Assembly: GCA_964436125.1 (NCBI GenBank)
Contig: CAYTBT010000003.1
Span: 68,878 to 132,877, forward strand
Direction: 5' to 3'
Source: an uncultured Saprospiraceae bacterium
GTDB taxonomy: Bacteria > Bacteroidota > Bacteroidia > Chitinophagales > Saprospiraceae
DNA length: 64,000 nucleotides
Shown here: in pieces, positions 1-10,411 of the stretch
Numbering within the stretch: the first letter of the stretch is position 1
Layout: every line of letters begins with the position of its first letter
The notes under the pieces: generated by a model
What the model was told of the DNA's origin: nothing
Database searches by the model: none
Seen by the model: only the letters and a program-made list of their open reading frames with translations
Translations under genes and position numbers: made by a program

Positions 1-385
1 CATCTGACAACACTATAGGAGAGCTTATGTAGAAGATTTTCAAAGTATCACTGATAATACTATCAAATTCATATCGTTGTACTTTTTGACCTATGCTATT
101 GATATTAATTGCTATTGGTGAATCCTGCATTGGGATCTTAAAAAGTCCCTTTTTACTTGTCTTTTCCACAGCCAATACCTTATTATCAACTATACTCTCA
201 ATAATAATAAGTAATCCACCTAATGGCTTCCCCGAAACCGAATCAATTACTATTCCCACTTTATCATCCTCAACCCCATCAGAAAATTTAACATCTTGTG
301 CAATAAGTAAATTTGAGTATATGAATACAGTAAGTACTGTCAGAAAAACCCTTATCTTGTGATTAATTTTACCCTTAATGATCAA
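1..385 (-). CDS. Partial (N-terminal ~128 aa) secreted protein with a carboxypeptidase-regulatory-like domain. It is probably a TonB-dependent/SusC-type receptor and runs off the window start.
   Basis: My own minus-strand translation from TTG at 385..383 reads MIIKGKINHKIRVFLTVLTVFIYSNLLIAQDVKFSDGVEDDKVGIVIDSVSGKPLGGLLIIIESIVDNKVLAVEKTSKKGLFKIP... and stays open to position 1. A signal peptide is followed by a CarboxypepD_reg-like G-x-V-x-D..G-x-P-L pattern. The ORF is truncated, so it is absent from the supplied track. Confidence 0.5.
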   Translation of the reverse strand, partial: MIIKGKINHKIRVFLTVLTVFIYSNLLIAQDVKFSDGVEDDKVGIVIDSVSGKPLGGLLIIIESIVDNKVLAVEKTSKKGLFKIPMQDSPIAININSIGQKVQRYEFDSIISDTLKIFYISSPIVLSD

Positions 386-617
386 AATAACTTGTTAAAA
401 GATTACAATCTTCCTTATACCTTCCATAAATTACAATAGCAACGTTCAAAATACCGCTAATTATTACCAAAATCATCCGGTTTTCACATAACTAAGGTAA
501 AATTCTGCTTTCATCACCTCATTAATTCAATAAAATAACAATCCCGGCCCCTCACGAGTATTTTAACACCATAATCAATAAAAAGGAATAGGTAGTACTC
601 TGGGAGAGGCCTCAATG

Positions 618-1385
618 CTAGTGCTTGTAAACAGTTTCATAATATCTTCCCAGTAAATCATATTTCCCATCCTTTGCAATAGGATAAGTTCGTAGATTCA
701 TATTCAACCCCGAGGTCGAATACATTTTGTCATAAATCCTAAATGCAGCATCTACATATTCTTCCCAGCTGACCTTTGCTCCATCTTTGGGTGGTTTTAT
801 AGTATAATTATCCTTTACTTTCCCAAATTCTATAAGTGATATATCAATCACACCATCCTTGGATTTTAAATGAATTATTAACCCGGGAAGTCCATGAAAC
901 CTAATAGGGCCGAATGGAAATGGAATCTCCGGTGAATACCATGCTACATAATCTCTTCCTCCAAAACGGCTTGTCGCCTTATAGCAGTTAAATCCATTTA
1001 TAGTTCTTTTCGCTGTTTTCAACTCCCACTTCAATGGAAGTATTGTATCTGTTACCACAAATTGATTACGAAATTTTGTCAGTTTTAATATCTGCTTTTG
1101 TTTATTCAGATTGGTTAATATTGGATAACCTTCTTTGTCAGGGCTAGCAACTATGATAACCCCGGGTGTTCTCATTTTACTTTTATCTTTATCATCTATA
1201 AAGACGCTTAAGGACAATGAATCATTAAAATATAATTCAGAAATACCTTGATATCTTCTTGCTACCTCGTGTGATTGTTTAAAATTATATGTAGCCTTAT
1301 ATAATGCTTCTTGGGCATTACCGCTAGTATTTATCATGCAACTTATTATAAACACAATAAATAATTTGACACAATACTTCATCAT
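618..1385 (-). CDS. GLPGLI family protein
   Basis: 255-aa ORF with a signal peptide and the eponymous FHGLPGLI motif. This family is restricted to Bacteroidota. Confidence 0.8.
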   Translation of the reverse strand: MMKYCVKLFIVFIISCMINTSGNAQEALYKATYNFKQSHEVARRYQGISELYFNDSLSLSVFIDDKDKSKMRTPGVIIVASPDKEGYPILTNLNKQKQILKLTKFRNQFVVTDTILPLKWELKTAKRTINGFNCYKATSRFGGRDYVAWYSPEIPFPFGPIRFHGLPGLIIHLKSKDGVIDISLIEFGKVKDNYTIKPPKDGAKVSWEEYVDAAFRIYDKMYSTSGLNMNLRTYPIAKDGKYDLLGRYYETVYKH

Positions 1386-1457
1386 TCTTTCACATTTTAA
1401 AAAAATACAAATGATACCATAGGCAGAAAGCCGGCATCATTTGTATTTATTGATTAA

Positions 1458-1694
1458 TTACACTTGTTTTCTGTCGCAATAGGCTTCATATCCTTTTTCA
1501 CAAAGACAATCATAAGTCTGAGCCGTTGCTTCTTTACAAGTTTCTGCTTCATGCTCACAGAAAGGCTCACCACCTTCAGTTTGTGCATAAACGTAACAAT
1601 TCTTTTCGTCCACTTGCTTCTGATTATTATCAATATTGCTTGCAACTCCATAGTTTAAGCAAAGTGACAAAGTAATTAAAATAGAATACATCAT
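1458..1694 (-). CDS. Small secreted cysteine-rich protein (hypothetical)
   Basis: 78-aa ORF with an N-terminal signal peptide (MMYSILITLSLCLNYGVA). The mature part has 6 Cys. No family recognised. Confidence 0.45.
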   Translation of the reverse strand: MMYSILITLSLCLNYGVASNIDNNQKQVDEKNCYVYAQTEGGEPFCEHEAETCKEATAQTYDCLCEKGYEAYCDRKQV

Positions 1695-1738
1695 AATTAT
1701 TAATTTTAGTTAACAATGGCTCGAATATAAAGGTAGGT

Positions 1739-1768
1739 AGAGAGAGAGAGAGTGTGTGTGTGTGTGTG
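1739..1768. repeat. Compound dinucleotide microsatellite (AG)7(TG)8
   Basis: Direct reading: agagagagagagag followed by tgtgtgtgtgtgtgtg. It lies about 45 nt upstream of the start of the 1458..1694 ORF. Confidence 0.95.
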
Positions 1769-2066
1769 TTTAACATTATGTTAACAACATTATTTTAAAG
1801 TTCACGTCCGGCATACATGAAAATGCTTTTTGCTGGCTATACTTTATATATTGAAGAAAGTGCGTAAATAGTTCCGGATTAAGCAAATGTTAAGCCGGCA
1901 ATGAAGATTTGCCTCAATATAAAGAGCAGAAAAGATTAATTATAAAATAAGATGAAGCAAGGCATTTCACACAAGAAGCTGACAACTTTTCTTAAGATTT
2001 TGACCTTGATTTTTCTAGATTAGACGGATTTTATCATCATTCGTTAAACACAAACTGGGTCGCTAT

Positions 2067-3119
2067 TTAAAATCGCATCACATCAATTTCTTTAGGCAAT
2101 TTCTCACCGTAGAAGATAAAATTATACAATTTTGATGCACAATACGGTCCGAGAGACATGCCTTTGGTGCCCAATCCATTTAATATATACGTATCCTTCA
2201 GCTGTGGGTGTTTTCCTATAACCGGTCTCCTGTCCTTGATTGTCGGACGTACGGCGGCCAGATGATTCATAATTTTAGGATCGTAGGCTGAGTTTTCTTT
2301 TAATTTGGACAGGATATCATTTAATCCTTCTTCTGTAGCGCGTTTATCATCGTCAAAGTCCCAGATGTAGTTGGATCCTATCCACATATTTCCATCGGCA
2401 AGTGGAATAAAGGAAACACCATATTTTAAGACCTTATTGCCTTGAAAATTTCCGGAATTATCGATAATAACCTCCCCTTTTGCAGGATTAAAGGGAATAA
2501 AATCCCATAATTTATCCTTCCTGGCATCTGCCCCCGTGCAATAGATAATTTTATCATAGGTTCTTCCCTTCAATTGAATCAATTCATGTTTATGTATATC
2601 CAGTGAATCGACTTCCATTTCAATAAGTGAATGCTTTTCCCACAGGTACTGCCTCCATAATTCCAAGAGCTTCTGTATATCAACTTGATAGCAACCACAT
2701 ATTTTTGCTATAGTTTCATCAGCTAGTAATTTCTCATACGGCTTTTTATCTTGCTCACAAGACATATAAGGACTATAAGCTTCATCCAGTAATCTGGAAT
2801 CCCACGCATTCTTTGCTTCAGCTGATTGTAGAACACGGAGTATCTCAACTTCCCTGATAAATTCTGATTGAAGCAACTCACCCATTTCACGATAAAAGGG
2901 AACAAAATAGGATTTTAACTCTTCATATTTCCATGATTTCACATACCGCCGTCCGGTAATAGGATTAATTAAACCGGATGAAATATAAGAAGCAGAGCTT
3001 TTATAGGCATTATCTACGACATCAACCGATTTATGATGCTTTAAGCAAATGTAGGAAAAGAGTGTTCCGGCCAGGCCTTGCCCCACGATAAGTACATCCT
3101 TGTGATTACTCGGATTCAT
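2067..3119 (-). CDS. FAD-dependent oxidoreductase (DAO-like)
   Basis: 350-aa ORF with the N-terminal dinucleotide-binding motif VLIVGQGLAGT. Confidence 0.8.
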   Translation of the reverse strand: MNPSNHKDVLIVGQGLAGTLFSYICLKHHKSVDVVDNAYKSSASYISSGLINPITGRRYVKSWKYEELKSYFVPFYREMGELLQSEFIREVEILRVLQSAEAKNAWDSRLLDEAYSPYMSCEQDKKPYEKLLADETIAKICGCYQVDIQKLLELWRQYLWEKHSLIEMEVDSLDIHKHELIQLKGRTYDKIIYCTGADARKDKLWDFIPFNPAKGEVIIDNSGNFQGNKVLKYGVSFIPLADGNMWIGSNYIWDFDDDKRATEEGLNDILSKLKENSAYDPKIMNHLAAVRPTIKDRRPVIGKHPQLKDTYILNGLGTKGMSLGPYCASKLYNFIFYGEKLPKEIDVMRF

Positions 3120-3468
3120 GAATTTCTTTCTGCTCAGATTTCTTCAATTTTTGAAACACTAATATATATGAATGATCTATCCATTCTTGTATTTGCTGCT
3201 GCTTCAAGTGACTATTAATAATTATCGTGTTCCAATGCTTTTTATTCATGTGATAACCGGGTTTTACATTCATCGGGAAACGCTCTCGGAGATCAAGCGC
3301 CTTAATCGGGTCACATTTCACATTTATCGTCAACGGATCATTGTCAAGTTCCATGAGTAAAAACATTCTACTCCCTACTTTAAACACGAGATTATCTATG
3401 CCGAATGGCATATCTTCATAAACTCCAGGTAGATTTAAACAATAATTACGTATGTCGTCAATATTCAT
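3106..3468 (-). CDS. MmcQ/YjbR family DNA-binding protein
   Basis: 120-aa ORF. The N-terminus (IRNYCLNLPGVYEDMPFG..LVFKV) is typical of the YjbR fold family. It overlaps the downstream oxidoreductase gene by 14 nt. Confidence 0.7.
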   Translation of the reverse strand: MNIDDIRNYCLNLPGVYEDMPFGIDNLVFKVGSRMFLLMELDNDPLTINVKCDPIKALDLRERFPMNVKPGYHMNKKHWNTIIINSHLKQQQIQEWIDHSYILVFQKLKKSEQKEIHESE

Positions 3469-3620
3469 CTTTCACGGCTTAATACGTGTCCAATATACAA
3501 CGCATCAGGGAATATCTCTCCAAGATTCTGTATTATATCAATTGGAGTGGATAAAAAAGTTTGAATTACTAGAAATTGGTAGTTTCCATAATAGATAAGA
3601 GCCCCACAGCGGTAGAAATA

Positions 3621-3649
3621 AGAATAGCTCATCTCCGATGAGCTATTCT
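3621..3649 (-). terminator. Hairpin terminator downstream of tRNA-Arg
   Basis: Perfect 12-bp stem agaatagctcat/atgagctattct with loop ctccg, followed on the minus strand by a T-rich run (TATTTCT). Confidence 0.5.
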
Positions 3650-3656
3650 ATATATG

Positions 3657-3730
3657 TGACCCCGGAAGGACTCGAACCCTCAACCCTCAGAGCCGAAATC
3701 TGATGTTCTATCCAATTGAACTACGGAGCC
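3657..3730 (-). tRNA. tRNA-Arg (anticodon UCG)
   Basis: The reverse complement folds as a 74-nt cloverleaf: acceptor GGCTCCG/CGGGGTC, D arm GTTC..GAAC, anticodon stem TCAGA/TCTGA with loop TTTCGGC (TCG), and T arm GAGGG-TTCGAGT-CCTTC. Confidence 0.9.
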
Positions 3731-4008
3731 ATTTTAATTTGCGGAAGCAAAAGTAATCACTTTCTTTAAGATATGGAAGACTTCCTCATATTTTCCTTCA
3801 GGGGATTTATAATAAACAAGAATACGTCCCTTTCTCAGAGGAAGAAGCAAAGTCACACTAGATTTATATATATTCATCTCGTATATATAACTATCTAACG
3901 ATAAGCCGGTACTTAATATGAGCTATAAACTTTACCTAAACTAATAGAATCCCTATTGAAAATCAATTCAATAAAGTTTACAAGGATAAAATATAAATAT
4001 AATACTGG

Positions 4009-4494
4009 CTAGGTGGATGGCTGTCCCTTATTCTCACGTTCAGAAGTATCGAGCTTCATCTGCGTAAGCTGAATCTGAATTGCAATTGAAGACAACTTCT
4101 GGAAAGGCAAGAAGGAATTCCCTAGCAATGCATTATTCCAGCCGGTAATCTGTTGTTTTTTCACATACATCTGATAGAATTCCATATCGTTGGTCCGGAG
4201 ATTCTCAGGATTGATTGCCGGGAGTGGTTGTACGACATCAACATCTTCCCTTGTTCTCACTTGCTCGGTTACATTTTCTAGATAAGCAGAAAGACCTTCC
4301 AGGTGTTCCAATAACTTCTTACCTGTCGCTGTTGATATTGCGGTATCAATTGCTAGATCTTTGGTCCATTTCTCAAAGGCATTAATAGAGTCACCTCCAC
4401 CGTTACCCATTGATTCCGGTGGAACTTGAAGATTCTCTTTGGAGCAAGCAAAGAGAGTAAAACAAAGTAATAAACTGATGCCAAATAATTTCAT
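4009..4494 (-). CDS. Hypothetical lipoprotein
   Basis: 161-aa ORF with a lipoprotein signal (LFAC|S). No family recognised. Confidence 0.55.
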   Translation of the reverse strand: MKLFGISLLLCFTLFACSKENLQVPPESMGNGGGDSINAFEKWTKDLAIDTAISTATGKKLLEHLEGLSAYLENVTEQVRTREDVDVVQPLPAINPENLRTNDMEFYQMYVKKQQITGWNNALLGNSFLPFQKLSSIAIQIQLTQMKLDTSERENKGQPST

Positions 4495-4711
4495 AAATCT
4501 ATTATATTAAAACTATGCATAATATAACAAAAACAATACCAATCTCACGATTCTATCCACACAATCCAAATATATAACGAATAATAGAAATTCATGGTAT
4601 ATTCATCGATTAATTTCCTCCATATACCCAAAAAACTGAACTCAGTGAGTCTTGGATGTATTAAAACCGATGAAAATCCTTACATTTGAGGAGAATAAAA
4701 TTTACTTATCT

Positions 4712-5302
4712 ATGAAAAAGTTTTTAGTACCTGCAATTATTATCGTCATCGTCGGGCTCCTAGCTTGGTGGTTATTTGGTGGATCGTACAATACGATGAT
4801 AAGCAAGCAAGAGAAAATCAATGAAGCCTGGTCCAATGTAGAGACTCAATATCAACGGAGAACTGATTTATACAATAGTGTGGTTGAGACGATAAAAGGT
4901 TCTGCAGAATTTGAGCGAGGCACACTTACAGATGTTATTAAGGCGAGAAAGCAAGTATCTGATATTAAACTTGACGCCGATGACCTTACACCGGAAAATC
5001 TGGCACGCTTTCAGAAAGCACAGAGTCAATTGAGCTCTGCATTCAGCAGATTACTAGTTACTGTTGAGCGTTATCCCGAATTAAAAACGACGGGAGCTTT
5101 CAGAGAATTCCAAGTACAGATAGAGGGCACAGAAAACAGGATCAATAAAGCGCGTAATGACTTTAATGCAATAGCCAGAGAATACAATACCTACATCAAG
5201 AAATTCCCGAGGAATATCGTTGCAGGGCTTTTTGGATTTAATGAAAGACCTTATTTTGAGGCCGCCGAAGGCACTGAAAAAGCTCCGGAAATTAATTTCT
5301 GA
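4712..5302 (+). CDS. lemA: LemA family protein
   Basis: The N-terminal TM helix followed by YNTMISKQEKINEAWSNVETQYQRRTDLYNSVVETIKG is characteristic of LemA. The start is moved to ATG 4712 (MKKFLV...), just before the TM helix. Confidence 0.85.
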   Translation: MKKFLVPAIIIVIVGLLAWWLFGGSYNTMISKQEKINEAWSNVETQYQRRTDLYNSVVETIKGSAEFERGTLTDVIKARKQVSDIKLDADDLTPENLARFQKAQSQLSSAFSRLLVTVERYPELKTTGAFREFQVQIEGTENRINKARNDFNAIAREYNTYIKKFPRNIVAGLFGFNERPYFEAAEGTEKAPEINF

Positions 5303-5766
5303 TGAAACTCCTAGAACATTACTTTTCAGAAGAGGATAAAGCGCGTATATCGGATGTCATCTGGGAAGCGGAAAACAAGACCAGCGGTGAAATACGCGTA
5401 TATTTTGAACGCCACACCAAGAAACTCGCACCTGAAGAAAGGGCATTGCAGATTTTCCATAAATTAAAGATGGATCATACCGAGTTACAGAATGGCGTGC
5501 TCTTCTATATCGCATTTGATGACAAGAAATATGCTGTTATCGGAGACAAGGGGATTCATGAAAAAGTTAAAGATGAATTCTGGCTACGCATATCAGAAGC
5601 GATGAAAGCGCATTTTAAAAAGGAAGAATTTATTGAAGGACTAAGTGCCGGAATACGGGAGGTCGGTGAACGATTGAAAACCTACTTCCCTATTCAAGCA
5701 GATGATATCAATGAGTTGCCGGATGAAATAGTATTCGGTGAAAATCAAGATAATGAAGAAGAGTAA
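5302..5766 (+). CDS. TPM (TLP18.3/Psb32/MOLO-1) domain protein
   Basis: 154-aa ORF whose start abuts the lemA stop. The LemA-TPM-TPM operon architecture is common, and the SGEIRVYFE..YIAFDDKKYAVIGDKGI pattern matches. Confidence 0.7.
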   Translation: MKLLEHYFSEEDKARISDVIWEAENKTSGEIRVYFERHTKKLAPEERALQIFHKLKMDHTELQNGVLFYIAFDDKKYAVIGDKGIHEKVKDEFWLRISEAMKAHFKKEEFIEGLSAGIREVGERLKTYFPIQADDINELPDEIVFGENQDNEEE

Positions 5767-6553
5767 AAGGCTATTTTATATTTCCCTTATTTTTTTCATG
5801 ATAGGTTGCTTCAGCCTTTCATCTGCACAAAATATTCCCCTCCCGGATCGACCTACGCCGCCGCGATTGGTCAATGACTTTGCTGATTTATTAACTCCTG
5901 CACAAGAACAAGCACTTGAGACGAAGCTCGTTAATTACGAGGACACGACTTCAACACAGATTGCCATTGTGCTTATGGAAGATCTCGGAAATTGGCCTAT
6001 CGATATGTTCAGCTTTCAACTCGGAGATAAATGGGGAGTAGGACAAGAAAAAGCTGATAATGGGATTATTATCACAGTTGCGGAGAAACAGCGGAAAACT
6101 TTTATTGCTACCGGACGCGGTTCACAAGGCGCGGTTACTGACATACACGCACACAGGATAACACAGAACATTATGTTGCCTGCCTTCAGAAAAGGAAACT
6201 TTTACGCAGGCTTAGATGGAGCAACCGATGCACTTATACGACTTATGGCCGGCGAATATGTAGCTGCGCTGGACGATAATAATCAACCATCTCAAGGAAT
6301 ACCGATAAACTACATTATATTCGGTATTGTGGCACTGTTTATCTTCATCTCCATATTTGGCAATAATTCCCGTGGTGACGGAGGTTCAATCAGTGGCGGC
6401 GGCTGGAGAGGCCCGATTATTTTCCCGGGAGGTGGCTTCGGTGGAGGTTCATTCGGAGGTGGCTTCGGTGGAGGAGGCGGCTTCGGCGGAGGCGGCTTCG
6501 GTGGATTTGGCGGCGGTTCATTTGGTGGTGGTGGCGCCGGAGGCGGTTGGTAA
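5753..6553 (+). CDS. TPM domain protein (YgcG-like) with TM helix and glycine-rich tail
   Basis: Signal peptide, then a TPM-like core (VNDFADLL...QIAIVL), a TM helix and a C-terminal (GGGF)n tail. The start is taken at ATG 5753. Confidence 0.75.
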   Translation: MKKSKRLFYISLIFFMIGCFSLSSAQNIPLPDRPTPPRLVNDFADLLTPAQEQALETKLVNYEDTTSTQIAIVLMEDLGNWPIDMFSFQLGDKWGVGQEKADNGIIITVAEKQRKTFIATGRGSQGAVTDIHAHRITQNIMLPAFRKGNFYAGLDGATDALIRLMAGEYVAALDDNNQPSQGIPINYIIFGIVALFIFISIFGNNSRGDGGSISGGGWRGPIIFPGGGFGGGSFGGGFGGGGGFGGGGFGGFGGGSFGGGGAGGGW

Positions 6554-6719
6554 ATATGACTAGTGCAACGCGGAAGCTTTTAAAATCCTGAAACCTTTAT
6601 ACTCAAGTAGTATCGACACTTTTCCTAAGCTCTCAGAAAATAGCACATGCTAGCGCAAGTAAAATATTTGCGTAAGCAGATACCCCATAATTTATATTCA
6701 CCTTGTAATTATCAGCCTT

Positions 6720-7193
6720 TTACTTCCCTTGAAAATCGTATTCAATCATCGGGAGATCGACGACTTTGGACTCTTTGTAAGAAATACTTACATAATTTAA
6801 AAACCCACCGGTAGAGCGAGCAACGTGCCGCGCAAATGATTTTAGGCTCGTATAATAAAGGTCGGCAAAATCCATATCCATTTTGGGTAAAATTTCTGTC
6901 AAGCCCGACAAGCGCTCCGCTATAATTTCATTCGCTTGCTCCGGATCACGCGGCAATTCATTAATAAGTTCTTTTAAACGCTTATTAAAATTCTCCCCTA
7001 CTTTTTTATAAAATGCGCTCATATCATCATGATAAGTATAGGAACGCACCTTGGCTATCCGCTCGGATTCATGTACCTCTTTATCGAGCAATAAGCCTTC
7101 ACTGCCACCGATCAATAAGGTTATATATGGAATGCTGTCAAAGACCAATGCTTTCTCTTTATCAGTTAATTTTTCCAGAGCTTTAGCTAGCAT
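6720..7193 (-). CDS. Hypothetical protein
   Basis: 157-aa ORF with normal composition. No family recognised. Confidence 0.5.
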   Translation of the reverse strand: MLAKALEKLTDKEKALVFDSIPYITLLIGGSEGLLLDKEVHESERIAKVRSYTYHDDMSAFYKKVGENFNKRLKELINELPRDPEQANEIIAERLSGLTEILPKMDMDFADLYYTSLKSFARHVARSTGGFLNYVSISYKESKVVDLPMIEYDFQGK

Positions 7194-7448
7194 ATTTTTT
7201 TGGATTTTTATGAGCTAATTGAATTTGCCGCAAAGATAATAGTTCCTAGGATTATTCTTGCACCTTCAGGCAAAATAATTACCTTTATTCCTCGATTTTA
7301 TTTTAACTTAATGTAAGCTTACGCAAATATCGGAGCTTGCACAACTAACTCGAATTTACAGAAAAATAAACCACATTACAAAGAGATATTTTGTGCATAT
7401 TGTATTTCTTCTGTATAATGATTAGGTATAACCAAGAAAAAGACATCC

Positions 7449-10085
7449 GTGGCAAAAACAGGCAAAAAGACAAGTTCTTCTGAGAAAAAGGGAAAAATAA
7501 CCCCTTTGATGCAGCAATACTTCAAATTAAAAGCACAATATCCCGATGCAGTGCTTTTATATCGGGTCGGCGATTTCTATGAGACATTCGCAGAGGATGC
7601 ACAGAGAATTGCTGATATTCTAGGAATTGTGCTTACCAGCCGTAATAACGGAGGGAATGATATTGCTCTTGCCGGCTTCCCCTATCACTCACTGAATGTG
7701 TATCTGCCCAGACTCGTCAAGGCAGGCCTCCGAGTAGCAATATGTGAACAACTTGAGAAGCCACAGAAAGGCAAAAAGGTCGTTAAACGCGGTGTTACAG
7801 ATATTGTAACTCCCGGATTGACAACTGATGATGAACTACTCGACAATAAAAGCAATAATTACCTTGCCTCTATCCACTATGCAGGGAAAGATAGGTATGG
7901 AGCTGCTTTTCTCGATATCTCAACCGGTGAGTTCTATGTCAGTGAAGGGAATGCAATTGATATCGATAAATTACTTCAATCCTTTACACCCAATGAAATA
8001 ATTCTTTCACGGAAGAAGGAAAAGGATTTCTTTCAGAGATTTGGGAATACTTTTTACACGTATGGCATCGATGAATGGGTTTATACGCTGGATTACGGAC
8101 AAGAGAAATTAAAAGAACATTTTAAGGTCAGCTCTTTGAAGGGATTTGGGATTGAAAACATGCAGGAAGCCCAAGTAGCAGCAGGATCAATTCTTCACTA
8201 CCTTACATCGACTGAAAATAGACACGTCGATCATATCAATAAAATCCAAAGGCTGGAAAAGGACGGATACGTATGGCTTGATAAGTTTACGATAAGGAAT
8301 CTGGAGCTACTTCATTCTCCTTTTAATACCGGCAAGCCCTTGCTCGACGTCCTCGACTTTACACTAACACCGATGGGTGGAAGGCTCTTAAAAAAATGGA
8401 TCATCCTGCCATTGACTGATATTGAAAAAATCAATCAAAGGCATAATATTACAGATTATTTTGTCAAGCATGAAGACCTGCGACAAAATCTCCGGGACTT
8501 CCTCGCGCGATTCGGAGACCTGGAGCGTTTAATCTCCCGCGTCCCCATGGGAAAGATTCATCCCAAAGCAATGCGACAACTCTGCTATTCACTTTCCCTT
8601 ATCCCTCAAGTAAAAGACTTACTAGAGCAAACAGAAAATAAAGATTTTCTCGCCATTACCGCCATGTTCAAGGATTGTAATCCTATTCAAGAAAAAATCG
8701 ACAGGACCATTGTGGATGAGCCACCTGCAAATTTTAACAAAGGTAAGGTTATTGCCGATGGTGCAGTCCCCGAAATTGACGATTTAAGATACACGATTTC
8801 TCACAGTAAGGATATTCTAGCAGAGTTACAAGCTAAGGAATCAGAAGCAACCGGCATCGACAATCTCAAGGTCGGATTTAACAAGGTATTTGGCTATTAT
8901 CTGGAAGTAACTAATAAATATAAGAACAAAGGGCTCGTTCCCGAGCATTGGGTCAGGAAGCAGACTTTAAAAAATTCAGAGCGATACATCACTGATGATT
9001 TAAAGAAAATTGAAGAAAAAATCCTGCATGCTGAGGAAAAATCCAAGGAACTCGAAGAGGAGGTTTACGAGGATCTCGTCAATGCAGTAAATAAATATGT
9101 AAAAGACATCCAGGAAAATGCCTCCTATCTCGCCCAATTCGACTGCCTTGCAGCATTTGCGGAAGCTGCAGTTATCAATAAATATACCCGTCCTACGATC
9201 GATCAAAGCAAGGAAATTGATATTATTGATGGACGGCATCCGGTTATTGAACAATTTTTGGAACTCGGTGAAGATTATGTACCCAATGATATTTTCCTCA
9301 GTAATGATGAACAACAGATCCTCATGATTACGGGACCGAATATGAGTGGAAAGTCCGCTCTTTTACGCCAGACAGCACTGATTTCCCTCATGGCACAGAT
9401 GGGCAGCTTCGTCCCTGCTTCACAAGCTCGACTCGGTATAGTAGATAAAATTTTCTCCCGTGTGGGCGCATCCGACAATATCTCCAGTGGAGAATCTACC
9501 TTTATGGTGGAAATGAATGAGACGGCAAGTATTCTCAACAATATCTCTGAAAGGAGTCTTATTCTACTCGATGAAATCGGTCGTGGAACTAGCACATACG
9601 ACGGTATTTCTATAGCTTGGTCGATTGCCGAATTTCTCCATGAATCACCCTATAAACCTAAAACCCTATTTGCAACACATTATCACGAGTTAAATGAGCT
9701 CGAAAAGACCTATGACAGAATTAAAAACTACCATGTTGCAACCCATGAAACAGGCCAGAAGGTAGTTTTTCTCCGCAAATTAAAAAAGGGCGGGTCGCAA
9801 CATAGTTTTGGTATCCATGTGGCCAAGATGGCAGGCATGCCAAATTCTTTATTGAAGAGAGCGGACCAAATATTAAAACAACTTGAACAAAAACTCGATA
9901 AGGGCGAAAAAGTAAAAGATCTGGAAATTCCCGTCCAAGAATTCCAGTTGCAACTCTTTCAACCCAGCAATGAAAAAGCGGACAAGATTAAATCTTTTCT
10001 CGAGGATATCGACATCAATAGCCTCACTCCTATTGAATGCATGATGAAATTAAAGGAATTAAAAGATATCAGTGAGGAAGGATAA
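7449..10085 (+). CDS. mutS: DNA mismatch repair protein MutS
   Basis: 878 aa. N-terminal mismatch-binding region (TPLMQQYFKLKAQYPDAVLLYRVGDFYE), Walker A GPNMSGKS and DEIGRGTSTYDG. Confidence 0.95.
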   Translation: MAKTGKKTSSSEKKGKITPLMQQYFKLKAQYPDAVLLYRVGDFYETFAEDAQRIADILGIVLTSRNNGGNDIALAGFPYHSLNVYLPRLVKAGLRVAICEQLEKPQKGKKVVKRGVTDIVTPGLTTDDELLDNKSNNYLASIHYAGKDRYGAAFLDISTGEFYVSEGNAIDIDKLLQSFTPNEIILSRKKEKDFFQRFGNTFYTYGIDEWVYTLDYGQEKLKEHFKVSSLKGFGIENMQEAQVAAGSILHYLTSTENRHVDHINKIQRLEKDGYVWLDKFTIRNLELLHSPFNTGKPLLDVLDFTLTPMGGRLLKKWIILPLTDIEKINQRHNITDYFVKHEDLRQNLRDFLARFGDLERLISRVPMGKIHPKAMRQLCYSLSLIPQVKDLLEQTENKDFLAITAMFKDCNPIQEKIDRTIVDEPPANFNKGKVIADGAVPEIDDLRYTISHSKDILAELQAKESEATGIDNLKVGFNKVFGYYLEVTNKYKNKGLVPEHWVRKQTLKNSERYITDDLKKIEEKILHAEEKSKELEEEVYEDLVNAVNKYVKDIQENASYLAQFDCLAAFAEAAVINKYTRPTIDQSKEIDIIDGRHPVIEQFLELGEDYVPNDIFLSNDEQQILMITGPNMSGKSALLRQTALISLMAQMGSFVPASQARLGIVDKIFSRVGASDNISSGESTFMVEMNETASILNNISERSLILLDEIGRGTSTYDGISIAWSIAEFLHESPYKPKTLFATHYHELNELEKTYDRIKNYHVATHETGQKVVFLRKLKKGGSQHSFGIHVAKMAGMPNSLLKRADQILKQLEQKLDKGEKVKDLEIPVQEFQLQLFQPSNEKADKIKSFLEDIDINSLTPIECMMKLKELKDISEEG

Positions 10086-10203
10086 ATTTTTACTGATGAT
10101 GCTTCTTTCCCCTTTGCTTACTTCCAAGTAAAAGAGCCGACAAGCTACATCGTAAGGGCTTTCAAGTAGAAAGGCTCTCAGTCTCCTGAAAGCCTTCTCT
10201 TTG

Positions 10204-10276
<73 letters not shown>

Positions 10277-10411
10277 ATATATTTTTCGTTTTCCCTAGCG
10301 GACTGCAAATATATAACTTCTCTATTTCATAACAAAGAAATCCATAATTTCTTTACTAAATACTTCAGAGCAACTCTACCTATCATAAACGATCTCCCCT
10401 ACACCTCAATA

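Noticed and set aside
93-362. 89-aa plus-strand ORF at the window start
   Set aside because: It lies antisense to a much more convincing truncated minus-strand gene (1..385) that has a signal peptide and a CarboxypepD_reg-like domain. Its hydrophobic low-complexity translation looks like a shadow ORF.
6327-6563. 78-aa ORF overlapping the 3' end of the YgcG-like gene
   Set aside because: It is an alternative frame of the (GGC/GGT)n glycine-rich tail and gives an Ala/Val/Ser repeat translation.
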